Assembly: GCA_012269745.1 (NCBI GenBank)
Contig: JAAXJR010000030.1
Coordinates: forward strand, 11,143 to 75,142
Reading direction: 5' to 3'
DNA: 64,000 nucleotides
Source of the DNA: Flavobacteriales bacterium
GTDB taxonomy: Bacteria; Bacteroidota; Bacteroidia; Flavobacteriales; Schleiferiaceae
The position numbers and the translations under genes are program-made. How positions within the stretch are numbered: the stretch's first letter is position 1; each line of letters opens with the position of its first letter. The notes beneath the pieces are model-generated. The model was not told where the DNA came from. It did no database searches and was given only the letters and a program-made list of their open reading frames with translations. Shown here in pieces: positions 37,075-47,439 of the stretch.

Positions 37075-40000
37075 TTACTCCTTAATGCCAAATCTGCGCT
37101 TTAGCAGCATGATTTTACCCTTACCAGCGAGGTTGTAAGTGAATGCTGGTTGGTCACCCTTAGCCGCTACGCTTCGGTCCTTAGGATCTTTGGCTAGAAT
37201 GCTAGCGTTAAACTCTTCGTCGCTACTACGTAGACTCATTACAGTTCCTTTAAAGGCGATATAGAAGAAGTCCGTACCATTATCTAGGTAAAGCGTAACC
37301 TCACTACCTCTTCGACGCTCTTTAATTTCTACCAAACAATCGACCTCTGCAAAAATTGGAACGTTGTAAATGTTTTGAATGAAGGCCTTACCGTCGCTTC
37401 TAAAGCTCTTGTAACGACCGCTATACTCTAGTTCTATACCACTCATTACAAGGCTTTGACGGAGCTCTTTAGGGAATCGGCCTTCACTTTCTATGGTGCT
37501 CAAATCTTCGAGGAACTTGGCGCCCTCTTTCTGACCCAATACGCCGTAAACACCCTGTACGTACGCTTCATCGTCACTTCTCAAGGTTCCTGTGCCGTCT
37601 GAGAAGAGCCCACCTACTAACTCCCAAGCGGCCTTGTCTACAGGAGCATCTAGAGTCCAAACTGCATCGATGGTTACGTCATCTTCATTTAGATCGTGAC
37701 GCACTTCACCGGCCATGGCCATTTTTAAACCTCCAGAATTTTTCAGAACGTTAATAGGTCCTGTCGCATAAAGGTCACAATCATAGTTGTGAAATACCAG
37801 GTACGGATCCGGTATGGTGTTGTCCTTGAGTTTATCGTAGGTCGTAATCACATAACCTTGTTCCTGGTTGTCGTAGAACAGCACCCCTGTGGCCGAAAGT
37901 AGTTCTATATCGGCGCGGTCTGCGTATTTAGATAAGAAGTTACTGTGCCCACCCAAGCTGTCTTGAGAGATGTAGATACCATTAAACGTGTTATCGCGAA
38001 GTTGCAGAGGATCATTTTCAGGCAATTCAATCACGATATCCGTGGGATCAATGTAGCTGGCAATATCAAACCAAGTAGTCTGCAGGTTTTTACATTCGTT
38101 TTGGATAAGAATAGAGCCCTTGAAAAACATGGGTTCCTGATCTGCCTCGAGCTGCACTTTACCTCGATATCCGAAATATGGGCTTAGGAAAAATTCGTCC
38201 TTCTCCTCTATTTCCGCTAGACCTACGGTCATACCTGCCGTATCCGGCTTAATGCTTTCAAATTCTATAGGCCATGTGGAACCTTCTTCATCGAGGTAAT
38301 CATACATACCGTGCGCAGTGTAGCGATAATGACCTCTAATACGAGTGGTCGCTTCGTAGAAAGCGTGAAGTTTTGAGTAGCGATTGGCAATAATCTCTGA
38401 ATTCTCCAAAGGATCCATTGCTGCATTCATGCGCACTACTACATAGCCACTATCAGGAATGATGCGTGCATCTGCTACATCAATTTCTGGAACATCAAAA
38501 GCTTCGAGTACACTTGGTGCCAGATCGAAACGAGCGAATCCAGCGCTGAAGTCTAGGCTGTCTTGGAGCGGATGGGTGCTCACTAAATAGGCCTCGTTGT
38601 CCGTATTGTGCTTGATGTCTACCTTGGCTTGGTCCATCTGCCATTCCGCGTGGTCCATGTACGCCATGTATTGGTTGGCAGGGAACTCGATAAAGCTTGC
38701 GGGGTCCAATTTATCAAAGACACCTTCGCGCTTGTCAAAATCTACACGCGCTGAACTCTCCAGCATCTGGAAGGCCCACTGCTCGTCACTGGCGCTGGTC
38801 TTCACTCGGAAATCCTGCTCGCCGCTTTCAAACGAGCGTCTGTAGAAAGTATAGCCCTCAGTTTCGCTGTTGTGCTTGGCTGTTAGGTATCTGAGTTCTC
38901 CGGTGCCGAAGAGACCACTTGTTCCATAGGTTAGTTGACCCTCAGCTACCACATTTTCAGGACCGTACATACCAAATGGGATAGCGCGGGATTCCGCCTC
39001 GATATAATCGCTGTAAGGGAACCAATGGAATGGATTGTCTCTACCTGAGGCCTGCGGATAACCGTTCCCCGAAAATCCTTCTTCGATATCGAAGGTGGTC
39101 GCCCTACCCTTTGCGTCATCTGGAAACATCAGGATATCTGGACAAACAGTTAGGCTCTGAAGGTATTCGATTTGACCCTCTGCGTGGAGGCCTTGGTTAG
39201 AGAGTGCTATTTCACCTTCAAAGGTCCCTTTACCCCGATAGTTCGGTGTTGGCGGCATAGTGGTAGAAAACCCAAGCGAATAGTCCGGCATTACTTGCAA
39301 CGGCTGTGGGAAGACAGGGAAGATATCAGCGCTGTGGAACGTCGCATCGAAAAGGATACCGTCTGTAGTAGTGTTGTCCAGTGAGTCAATAGTGAATGGC
39401 TCGACGGCCATGTAGAATCTTGAACGGTCGTAGATGCCGTCGTGGATCTTCTTGTCGTCGTAATAAACGAACGAGTTGTTTAGAGCCTGGAAGATTGGAT
39501 ACTCAGGATAGTACTCTTTGGAACTTTTATTATCGGGCTGATCGATCAGCAGCTGGCCCTGTAGGTCGGAAAGAACCGTCTGTACGTCCACTAAAGCAGC
39601 ACGTTCTCCGGGTGGCGGATTGAATTCGCGCACCTTGAAGCGCATGGAATCGATCTTAGGCATATCTATACGGAAGCCCTGATAATCGAAGGTATATCCT
39701 TGTCCCCAGTAATTGAAAAGACCAGCGTTAATGCGGCCGTCGAAGGTGAAATCCATGTCCTTCTTCATGGTTATTCGTCCACCACGTGGGAAGAGATTTA
39801 CCTGTTGAGAATCACTCACCGCGATGCGTTGTACCCCGGCAATATCCATCTCGTAGTTGAGCAGGGAGATCTGTGCGTTGCTTCCTTGGCCGATACGTGA
39901 AACGAATTGGATCACATCATAATCGCGCTTACCGGTCCAATTCTCTAAGTATTCAAACAAGCGGTCTGTGAGGGTGATGGTCTGAGCGTCCACATCAAAC

Positions 40001-41463
40001 TCTACGAATCCTTGGATGGCCATTTCAAAAAGAAAGCGCTCACCACTTTCTGGATCCATGCGCAAAGCATAAGTCAATTCACGCAGTGGCATGTTTTCGT
40101 AACCGTAGGCGTATGCGGCGTTCTTCAACTCAATTAAAGGATGGGTTTGTTGTAGACCTGCGATCTGCTCCATTCGAGCGATGCGGAAGTATTGCTTGGA
40201 TTCAAATACCGCCGCCTGCTGCGAGCCAAGATTCAGGTTACGCAAGGATAATTTCGGGGTGCCCTGGTTCCAGATGAGCTGGTCTACATTCATGTCCATG
40301 CTGTGGTAGGAATCTGTCCAAGAGCTGAGGCCGAGGCCGGTCTTAAAGCGGATGATACGCACCTGGCCCGAGCGTGGATCAAAGCGCATTTCACAGTACG
40401 GATGGTAGAGGCTGTCTTCGCCTAAGTGCGCTGTAACCTCAACACGTCCAGAGCTCAGGAGTGAATCTCGGAATAGGAAGCGACCGCTGCGCAGGGTAAT
40501 TATGGTGTCGCTATTGTAGGTGAATTGCACCTTAGCCATGGCACTATCCGGCGATAGTCCGTAGTAGTTTGGTCCCACCACACCAAGACCACCACGGAAA
40601 TGTACTTCCTTGTAGACATTGGGTAGAAGGAAATCGTTTTTGTAGCTCGCGAATCGCGGGTATTGGGCACTTCGCTGGGCTCGAGCACTTAAGCGTTCCT
40701 CAAAAATTCCTTGGAGCGGTTCGCTGTAAAGTTCAGGGGCGTTCAAAGTAGCAGAATCTGCCTTGAAATAGCCTTGACGCGTATCCAAAGACCACGAAGC
40801 CAGTTCGCCATAAAGTTCGTCTTCGCTCTTTCCAACTCGGCCCCAGAATACAGTACCGCCCTTGGCTTCCAAGGTTCCAGAAAGAGGAAAGAATCGGCCC
40901 GAAGTACCCATTACGATGGTGCTATCTTCGCGGAATCGGCCAACGATATCTCCCTCTCCAATGTTGAAAAAGAGCTCTTTGCCTTCAAATTGCATGGACC
41001 ACTCGCTGTAGGGTGCCTTCCAGATCAGATCGTTGTTGTCGTAAAAACGGTGACGGACGATGTTGGAATAGAGCTGGGAAATGTAGTCTTTCGTGCGCGA
41101 AGAAGGATTAGATCTAATGTACCCGTTGAGGTGTTCAACAATCTTCAGTAGGGTCCCGTATTCCTCGTTATTGTTGATGAAGGCTGTGAGGCGAAAAAGT
41201 TTTTCCCAAGTCTCGGGCTCTGTAATTCGTTTGCGCAACATGTTGTTGCACAACGCAATCCAGTCTTTTTCTGAATCCTCATCAATGGCATATTGAATAT
41301 CAGGGAGTAAGGAGTCTGCAAATAGCGTCTTATTTTCTTTGGGCAGCTTGACTAAGGAGGTGAACTCCTCTGAGAATTGGTCAAGAGTAGAGAAACGGAC
41401 CACTTTCTGCGCGCTCAGATTGAGCGAGAAAAGAACTGCTAAAAGCCATCCGTAAGCTCTCAT
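37075..41463 (-). CDS. very large secreted protein, unknown function (1462 aa)
   Basis: This is an uninterrupted 4.4-kb ORF with a signal peptide (LLAVLFSLNLSAQ) and core-like base composition. It is the last gene of the DUF1599...tpiA-prmA minus-strand gene string. Confidence 0.7.
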   Translation of the reverse strand: MRAYGWLLAVLFSLNLSAQKVVRFSTLDQFSEEFTSLVKLPKENKTLFADSLLPDIQYAIDEDSEKDWIALCNNMLRKRITEPETWEKLFRLTAFINNNEEYGTLLKIVEHLNGYIRSNPSSRTKDYISQLYSNIVRHRFYDNNDLIWKAPYSEWSMQFEGKELFFNIGEGDIVGRFREDSTIVMGTSGRFFPLSGTLEAKGGTVFWGRVGKSEDELYGELASWSLDTRQGYFKADSATLNAPELYSEPLQGIFEERLSARAQRSAQYPRFASYKNDFLLPNVYKEVHFRGGLGVVGPNYYGLSPDSAMAKVQFTYNSDTIITLRSGRFLFRDSLLSSGRVEVTAHLGEDSLYHPYCEMRFDPRSGQVRIIRFKTGLGLSSWTDSYHSMDMNVDQLIWNQGTPKLSLRNLNLGSQQAAVFESKQYFRIARMEQIAGLQQTHPLIELKNAAYAYGYENMPLRELTYALRMDPESGERFLFEMAIQGFVEFDVDAQTITLTDRLFEYLENWTGKRDYDVIQFVSRIGQGSNAQISLLNYEMDIAGVQRIAVSDSQQVNLFPRGGRITMKKDMDFTFDGRINAGLFNYWGQGYTFDYQGFRIDMPKIDSMRFKVREFNPPPGERAALVDVQTVLSDLQGQLLIDQPDNKSSKEYYPEYPIFQALNNSFVYYDDKKIHDGIYDRSRFYMAVEPFTIDSLDNTTTDGILFDATFHSADIFPVFPQPLQVMPDYSLGFSTTMPPTPNYRGKGTFEGEIALSNQGLHAEGQIEYLQSLTVCPDILMFPDDAKGRATTFDIEEGFSGNGYPQASGRDNPFHWFPYSDYIEAESRAIPFGMYGPENVVAEGQLTYGTSGLFGTGELRYLTAKHNSETEGYTFYRRSFESGEQDFRVKTSASDEQWAFQMLESSARVDFDKREGVFDKLDPASFIEFPANQYMAYMDHAEWQMDQAKVDIKHNTDNEAYLVSTHPLQDSLDFSAGFARFDLAPSVLEAFDVPEIDVADARIIPDSGYVVVRMNAAMDPLENSEIIANRYSKLHAFYEATTRIRGHYRYTAHGMYDYLDEEGSTWPIEFESIKPDTAGMTVGLAEIEEKDEFFLSPYFGYRGKVQLEADQEPMFFKGSILIQNECKNLQTTWFDIASYIDPTDIVIELPENDPLQLRDNTFNGIYISQDSLGGHSNFLSKYADRADIELLSATGVLFYDNQEQGYVITTYDKLKDNTIPDPYLVFHNYDCDLYATGPINVLKNSGGLKMAMAGEVRHDLNEDDVTIDAVWTLDAPVDKAAWELVGGLFSDGTGTLRSDDEAYVQGVYGVLGQKEGAKFLEDLSTIESEGRFPKELRQSLVMSGIELEYSGRYKSFRSDGKAFIQNIYNVPIFAEVDCLVEIKERRRGSEVTLYLDNGTDFFYIAFKGTVMSLRSSDEEFNASILAKDPKDRSVAAKGDQPAFTYNLAGKGKIMLLKRRFGIKE

Positions 41464-42293
41464 TACTTGATCATTTTAATGCTGCGCCATTGTTCGCGCT
41501 CTTTGGTCCCAACAAAAGTCAAACCAGCTGCTTCCGCCGCTTCGCGAAGCGCGGGAATATTTTCTTGGTAGAATCCACTAAAGAAGATTGTCCCACCTTC
41601 TTTCAACGCCTGAACGTAGGCATTCATATCTGCCAGCAGCACATTTAAGTTAATGTTAGCACAAATGGTATCAAAGGTGCCTTCAATAGCATCGGCCCCA
41701 CCGATTACTGCAGTCATTTTACTCTGGTTGCGTTCAGCGTTTTCCAAGGTGTTTTCGATACACCAGGTATCAATATCAATACCATGGACTTTAGCAGCAC
41801 CACGCATATCCGCAAGGATGCCTAAGATACCAGTTCCGCAACCCATATCAAGCACGTCGTGTCCAGTAGTGTCCGTTTCAAGCAACCACTGAATCATCAT
41901 GTGCGTAGTCTGGTGATGACCGGTACCAAAAGACATCTTAGGCTCGATGAGCATTGGGTATTCATAGCCTTGCTTCTCTTCGTGGAAGGGTGCTCGAATG
42001 TATACCCTGCCATCCACCTCAATGGGATCAAAGTTGTTTTCCCATTCGGCATTCCAATTCACCTGCTCAATCTCTTGGACCTCATAACTCGTTTGAACAC
42101 CGTCCCAAACGAGGACTTCTTTCACAGACCCCTCATCAAAGTCTTCCTTAATAATATAGGCTTCAAATCCATCCGCCGTCTCAGAGAAGCTTTCAAAGCC
42201 TAAGGTGCCCAGTTGGGCAATAAAAATGTCGCGGAAAGGCTCAAGTGGTTGAACCTTCACCGCGACTTCAATATAAATAGGCGTATCCGACAT
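41463..42293 (-). CDS. prmA: ribosomal protein L11 methyltransferase
   Basis: FGTGHHQTT and VLDMGCGTGILGI are present, and the size is typical of PrmA. Confidence 0.85.
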   Translation of the reverse strand: MSDTPIYIEVAVKVQPLEPFRDIFIAQLGTLGFESFSETADGFEAYIIKEDFDEGSVKEVLVWDGVQTSYEVQEIEQVNWNAEWENNFDPIEVDGRVYIRAPFHEEKQGYEYPMLIEPKMSFGTGHHQTTHMMIQWLLETDTTGHDVLDMGCGTGILGILADMRGAAKVHGIDIDTWCIENTLENAERNQSKMTAVIGGADAIEGTFDTICANINLNVLLADMNAYVQALKEGGTIFFSGFYQENIPALREAAEAAGLTFVGTKEREQWRSIKMIK

Positions 42294-42296
42294 GGA

Positions 42297-43067
42297 TTAT
42301 GCGTTTGTTCTAGCAGCAATGATCGCTGTAAAATCTTCTGCTTTCAGTGAAGCACCACCGATCAAACCACCGTCGATATCTGGTTGAGCGAACAATTCTG
42401 CCGCGTTCCCTGGCTTACAAGATCCGCCGTAAAGCACAGTTACGTTTTCAGCCGTTTCCGCATCAAAGCGCTCAGTGAGCCAAGCACGGATACCCGCGTG
42501 TACCTCTTGCGCTTGCTCTGGTGTAGCTACCTCACCTGTACCGATAGCCCAAACAGGCTCGTAGGCCAAGATGATGTTGTCCATATCCTCAGCGATAAAG
42601 CCCTCGAGACCTTTTGCACATTGCTCGAGAATAACATCCATAAATGCACCGCTCTTGCGCTCTTCGAGTGTTTCACCAATACAGTAAATAGCTGCCAATT
42701 CATTGTTCAACGACTGCGCAATCTTTGCATTGCAGCTCTCGTTAGTTTCACCGAAGTATTGACGACGCTCACTGTGACCAATGATTACTGCGTCAAGGTC
42801 CATGCTCGCTAGCATTGGAGCACTGATCTCTCCAGTGTAGGCACCGCTGTCTTTTTCATGTACGTTTTGTGCAGCTACTGCGATGTATTCGTTGTCCACC
42901 AACGCACCCACTACATCGCTTAAATACAATGCAGGCGGCGTGATTATTACGCCTGTTTCCCCCACTACATCCTCAGTCAAAGAAGCTTTTAGGCCTTCGA
43001 CCAATTCCATTGCTTCTGCGTAAGTAGTGTTCATTTTCCAGTTTCCAGCTACGATTCTACGTCTCAT
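42297..43067 (-). CDS. tpiA: triosephosphate isomerase
   Basis: Motifs AGNWKMN, IIGHSERR, YEPVWAIGTG and GGASLK are present. Confidence 0.95.
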   Translation of the reverse strand: MRRRIVAGNWKMNTTYAEAMELVEGLKASLTEDVVGETGVIITPPALYLSDVVGALVDNEYIAVAAQNVHEKDSGAYTGEISAPMLASMDLDAVIIGHSERRQYFGETNESCNAKIAQSLNNELAAIYCIGETLEERKSGAFMDVILEQCAKGLEGFIAEDMDNIILAYEPVWAIGTGEVATPEQAQEVHAGIRAWLTERFDAETAENVTVLYGGSCKPGNAAELFAQPDIDGGLIGGASLKAEDFTAIIAARTNA

Positions 43068-43094
43068 TATTGTGTTGTTTTTGATGTGTCTTAT

Positions 43095-44099
43095 TTAAAA
43101 TAATTCTGCCCGAACTCTTGGGTCCAAAACGGCATATGCTATGTCCACCAAGGTGGTAATGATGACAAAGATGGCCGCAATGACCAAAACGCATCCCATA
43201 GTTACCGGCAAATCTCGTGTATTTAATGCTTCTACCAACAGTTTTCCCATTCCGTTCCAACCAAAAATGATCTCCACGAATACCGCACCGGCGAGCAAAG
43301 AAGCAAACCAACCACTCACCGTGGTGATGATGGGGTTACTTGCCACGGGTAGAATGTGGCGAAGAAGCACCCGGCGCTCCGGTACCCCTTTGGCACGTGC
43401 AGTACGCACAAAGTCCATCGCTCCTACCTCAAGAATACTTTTTCGGGTCAATTGAACTATCACACCAACCGGACGTATGCCCAAGGTGAGTGCTGGGAGT
43501 ATCAAATTTTTCAGCTGTAGGTAGCGCTCCCCGCTGTAGTCGTCCACCTCGTATAAGGAACCGGTCAAACTGAGTCCTGTCCATGGCCCCAAAAGGTAGG
43601 CGAATACCCAGGCCATTAATACGGCCGTAAAGAAGGATGGTAAACTCATCCCCAAAGAGCTAAGTGTGGTCAAGGCGTGGTCGACCCAGCGGCCTTCATT
43701 ATAAGCTGCAACGGCCCCTAGAAACATACCAAGGAGTACGGCCAAACCTATGGATGCAGCAGCAAGCAAAGCTGTATTTGGAAAAGTCGCCGCAATGAGC
43801 CCACTGACTGATTGGCCTTGGCGTTGGAAACTTTCGCCTAAATCGGGCGAAGAAAACGAGAAACCCTCGGAGGTATCGAAAGGCAAAAGTCTTCCTAAAT
43901 AATTGACGTATTGCACAGCTACAGGTTTGTCCAAACCGTATTTCGCACGAACAGCAGCCAATGCCTCGGGATCTTCGCGTTTGCCCAGCATCATTTGGGC
44001 ACTATCGCCGGGAACAATGGTGAACAGGAAGAAAACGAGCGTGGCCACCCCCCAAAGGGTGAAAAGTGCCAATGCTATTTTTCGCCCTGCAAACGCCAT
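43095..44099 (-). CDS. ABC transporter permease (DppB/OppB-like)
   Basis: It has the N-terminal TM plus the LG(L)DKP motif (YGLDKPV) and an EAA-like loop (FVRTARAKGVPERRVLLRHILP). Confidence 0.8.
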   Translation of the reverse strand: MAFAGRKIALALFTLWGVATLVFFLFTIVPGDSAQMMLGKREDPEALAAVRAKYGLDKPVAVQYVNYLGRLLPFDTSEGFSFSSPDLGESFQRQGQSVSGLIAATFPNTALLAAASIGLAVLLGMFLGAVAAYNEGRWVDHALTTLSSLGMSLPSFFTAVLMAWVFAYLLGPWTGLSLTGSLYEVDDYSGERYLQLKNLILPALTLGIRPVGVIVQLTRKSILEVGAMDFVRTARAKGVPERRVLLRHILPVASNPIITTVSGWFASLLAGAVFVEIIFGWNGMGKLLVEALNTRDLPVTMGCVLVIAAIFVIITTLVDIAYAVLDPRVRAELF

Positions 44100-45214
44100 T
44101 ACCTTGGGCTATCGTTGTGGTGGTACTTCTTATAAACCACGCCCTTGCGAAGTACTACCCAACCTGGGTTAGAGCGCACCATCGTTTTCAGCGTGGTTTC
44201 ATCCGTAAAAGCAAATGGCGTGTACGATTCTAGTCCGTATGGAGCGAAGTCTTCAGGCATGGAAGCACTTAACACCAAATGTGGCATTCCTTGCATGTTG
44301 AGATCATTCAATGTCGGCAAGATATTCTTCCACCCTTTCTCCGAAGTCTTGGCTTCGTTGTACGCAACAAGCAACCATACTTCGTCTAGGGCAAGGATAC
44401 TATCCGTGAGGTCACCGTAATCGTTCATGATGCTAAAATCGTGGACAGGTGGCTCATAGCCTTCAGATACCTTGATGGTCTTACTTAGCTCGCTGAGCAT
44501 GGTCCACTCGGTCTTTTCCCACCACTTCTGGTCTATGTATTCGGTTGAGGTAATCTCGGTGAGCTGGCCAGCTTCGTTCTGCATGGTATAAATCACCTCG
44601 TATTGTGGTGGTTCTAGGCCCAGCTCTTCTGCAGGCTTCATGCCTTCAATGATGCTCAAACCTTCGGCGTATGGACGAAAATCACGCGTAGGAAGGTGGT
44701 TCATCACTTGATAAGTGAATACAACGCTGAAGCCTAATCCAAAGGCCATAAGGGCATATGAGGCGATTTTTGGGACACCATTGAAGATTTGCTTTTCACC
44801 CCACCAAAGGATTAGAATGAGCCCACTAAGGATCACGTCTTTATAGAAGGACTCCCAAGGCGTTAACGGGATGGCGTCGCCGAAGCAACCACAATCGGTC
44901 ACCTGATTGAAATACGCACTCCAAAAAGTCAGGAATGTGAAGAAACCAATCATACCACTGAGCAGGATCAGCACGGCGCGCTTCCATAAACCTGCCAATA
45001 AGGCCAGTCCCAACAAGACCTCCACGGCCACTAAAATGATCGCTAGCGGTAAGGCCAATGGCTCAAAAATGGGGAGGTTTAGTACCTCTTCGCTGAAGTA
45101 CTCTTCGAGCTTGAAACTGAATCCGACTGGGTCGTTCATCTTCACCAAACCGGAGAAGATAAAGAGTCCACCCACGAGGACTTGGGTTAATCTGGTTAGT
45201 AGGGTTTTAAACAT
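44099..45214 (-). CDS. DoxX-family membrane protein with C-terminal soluble domain
   Basis: The N-terminal about 170 aa have four TM segments in a DoxX-like layout (GGLFIFSGLVKM..). I do not recognise the C-terminal about 200 aa. Confidence 0.55.
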   Translation of the reverse strand: MFKTLLTRLTQVLVGGLFIFSGLVKMNDPVGFSFKLEEYFSEEVLNLPIFEPLALPLAIILVAVEVLLGLALLAGLWKRAVLILLSGMIGFFTFLTFWSAYFNQVTDCGCFGDAIPLTPWESFYKDVILSGLILILWWGEKQIFNGVPKIASYALMAFGLGFSVVFTYQVMNHLPTRDFRPYAEGLSIIEGMKPAEELGLEPPQYEVIYTMQNEAGQLTEITSTEYIDQKWWEKTEWTMLSELSKTIKVSEGYEPPVHDFSIMNDYGDLTDSILALDEVWLLVAYNEAKTSEKGWKNILPTLNDLNMQGMPHLVLSASMPEDFAPYGLESYTPFAFTDETTLKTMVRSNPGWVVLRKGVVYKKYHHNDSPR

Positions 45215-45215
45215 C

Positions 45216-45758
45216 TTATGCCGCTTTTTCCATGAACTTAATTAACGCGAAAACACTGTAATTGATCATGTCGAGATAATTGGCATCCAACCCCTCGCTC
45301 ACCAAGGTTTTGCCTTGGTTGTCCTCAATTTGTTTTACGCGCAGCAGTTTCTGTATGATAAGATCTGTGAAGCTTGAAACGCGCATATCTCGCCATGCCT
45401 CACCGTAGTCGTGATTCTTCTTGAGCATCAGCTCTTTCGCTTCATTGGCCTTTTCTAAGTACGCCGCAGAAGCTTCTTCCCAATCCATATCTGGTTGTTC
45501 GGCCACACCTTTATCCAGCTGAATCAACGCCATGATGCTGTAATTCAAGATACCGATGAACTCTCCCTCAAGCGGATCGTCCACCAATTGTTCGCCTTTC
45601 TGCTCTATGCTTCTAAGACGTTGTGCTTTGATAAATATTTGGTCGGTCAACGACGGAAGACGCAAAATGCGCCAAGCCGTTCCGTAATCTTTTCCCTTTT
45701 TCTCAAAAAGTCCGTGGCAACGAGAAAGCACGGCATCGAATTGTTCAGCTGTATTCAT
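45216..45758 (-). CDS. DUF1599 domain protein
   Basis: It contains two repeats of the K..DYG.AWR..R..S..D.I..K..R pattern, and it sits divergently next to folP, as is common in Bacteroidota. Confidence 0.65.
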   Translation of the reverse strand: MNTAEQFDAVLSRCHGLFEKKGKDYGTAWRILRLPSLTDQIFIKAQRLRSIEQKGEQLVDDPLEGEFIGILNYSIMALIQLDKGVAEQPDMDWEEASAAYLEKANEAKELMLKKNHDYGEAWRDMRVSSFTDLIIQKLLRVKQIEDNQGKTLVSEGLDANYLDMINYSVFALIKFMEKAA

Positions 45759-45796
45759 TTGTTAGCTTTGCTTCTAGAACGAAGATACGAAGAACA

Positions 45797-46675
45797 ATGC
45801 CGGAGTTTTTGCTAAAGGTCGAAGGGAGAATTCACACCTTATCCACACCGTGGGTTATGGGAATTTTAAATATCACCCCCGATTCTTTCTTTGAAGGAAG
45901 CCGATTCTCAAGCGCCGAAGATGCTGTGGAGCGTGCCACTCAAATGATTGCCGACGGCGCAAAAATCATTGATATCGGCGGGTATTCCTCTCGTCCTGGA
46001 GCAGATGCTGTTTCTCCAGAAGAAGAATGGCAGCGTCTAGAAAGCGTCATTCCGGCGGTGCGCGCCGTGGTAGACAAACACCCGGGCACGTTCATCTCTG
46101 TCGATACCTTTCGAGCAGAAGTAGCGGAGAAAGCTGTGGGTGCAGGCGCGCATATTGTCAACGACATTAGTGGTGGAAATTTGGACGAGCGCATGTACGA
46201 GGTGGTTGCCAAACTCCAAGTCCCCTACATCATCATGCACATGCAGGGCGATCCAAGCACCATGCAGATCAACCCCACCTACAAGCACGTTACTCAGGAT
46301 ATTGTCAAATTCTTCAGCGAAAAACTACCTCAGCTTCACGCCATGGGCATCCATGACACCATAGTTGATGTTGGCTTTGGCTTCGGCAAGACTTTGGAAC
46401 ACAATTACCAATTGTTGCGTGAACTTCATGCCTTCCAACTGTTGGGCCGTCCGATCCTTGCCGGTGTGAGTAGAAAAAGTATGATCTACAAAGCTTTGGG
46501 CACCACTGCCGATGAAAGTTTGAATGGCACCACTGCATTGCACATGGCTGCGCTCTTGCAAGGCAGTAATATCCTGCGTGTTCACGATGTCAAAGAAGCG
46601 GCGGAAACCATTACCTTGTTTAACAAATTGATGCCGGAAGGCGTCCACCACCTACTCTACCCATGGGAGCGTTAA
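45797..46675 (+). CDS. folP: dihydropteroate synthase
   Basis: Motifs GILNITPDSFFEGS, IIDIGGYSSRPGA, VNDISGG and GFGFGKT are present. Confidence 0.9.
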   Translation: MPEFLLKVEGRIHTLSTPWVMGILNITPDSFFEGSRFSSAEDAVERATQMIADGAKIIDIGGYSSRPGADAVSPEEEWQRLESVIPAVRAVVDKHPGTFISVDTFRAEVAEKAVGAGAHIVNDISGGNLDERMYEVVAKLQVPYIIMHMQGDPSTMQINPTYKHVTQDIVKFFSEKLPQLHAMGIHDTIVDVGFGFGKTLEHNYQLLRELHAFQLLGRPILAGVSRKSMIYKALGTTADESLNGTTALHMAALLQGSNILRVHDVKEAAETITLFNKLMPEGVHHLLYPWER

Positions 46676-47439
46676 ACTTCGGAGTGCTCGATGCACTTGA
46701 TATCATCATCGCAGCCTTTTTGCTGTACCAAATCTACAGGCTACTTAAAGGCACTGCCGCCATTCGTATCCTCTTGGGTATGGTCGCCATTTACCTGCTG
46801 TACCGCCTGGTCCAATTGCTTGAAATGCGTCTTCTCAGTGAATTCCTCGGCTCCTTCATGGGTGCAGGATTAATTATCTTGATCATTGTCTTCCAGCAGG
46901 AAATTCGCAAGTTCCTATTGGTGGTAGGCTCGGCCACCTTCACGCGCCGCCAAGGCCTTAAAAACCTGTTGAAACTGGGAACTGAGGATGAAGGCTCAAA
47001 GGCCGATGTAGATGCCATGGTAAGTGCCTTGGTGGAATTGGCCGCCACAAAAACTGGTGCACTACTAGTCATTAAGCGCACCGACCCACTTGGGTCATTC
47101 GCATCCTCAGGCACCGCCTTGAATGCCGATTTGAGCAAAATACTCCTGGAGAGCATCTTCTTTAAAAACGCCCCTTTACACGACGGAGCGACCATCGTTG
47201 AAGGCCATACCATCATTGCGGCCGGGACCGTATTGCCCCTTTCGGAGCGCAGCGAGCTACCCGCCCGCTTCGGCCTAAGACACCGCGCTGCAGCAGGAAT
47301 TTCAGAAAGAACGGATGCTCTGGCAGTAACCGTCAGTGAAGAAACGGGCAACATCCACATTTTCCACGATGGTGATTACGAAGCCGTACTCAAGGAAGAT
47401 TTGACCGTGCGTCTTTCAAAGCTCTTGCAGAACAGATAG
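46663..47439 (+). CDS. cdaA: diadenylate cyclase
   Basis: It has N-terminal TM segments and the DAC motifs GALLVI, PLHDGATIV and GLRHRAAAGISE..DALAVTVSEETG. It overlaps the folP end by 13 nt. Confidence 0.9.
   Translation: MGALNFGVLDALDIIIAAFLLYQIYRLLKGTAAIRILLGMVAIYLLYRLVQLLEMRLLSEFLGSFMGAGLIILIIVFQQEIRKFLLVVGSATFTRRQGLKNLLKLGTEDEGSKADVDAMVSALVELAATKTGALLVIKRTDPLGSFASSGTALNADLSKILLESIFFKNAPLHDGATIVEGHTIIAAGTVLPLSERSELPARFGLRHRAAAGISERTDALAVTVSEETGNIHIFHDGDYEAVLKEDLTVRLSKLLQNR

Noticed and set aside
47416-47439. The 3' ends of cdaA and the ComEC-like gene overlap convergently by 24 nt. This could indicate antisense regulation or a mis-called stop.
   Set aside because: Both reading frames are well supported up to their stops, and short convergent overlaps are common in compact genomes. 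Nothing further is visible.
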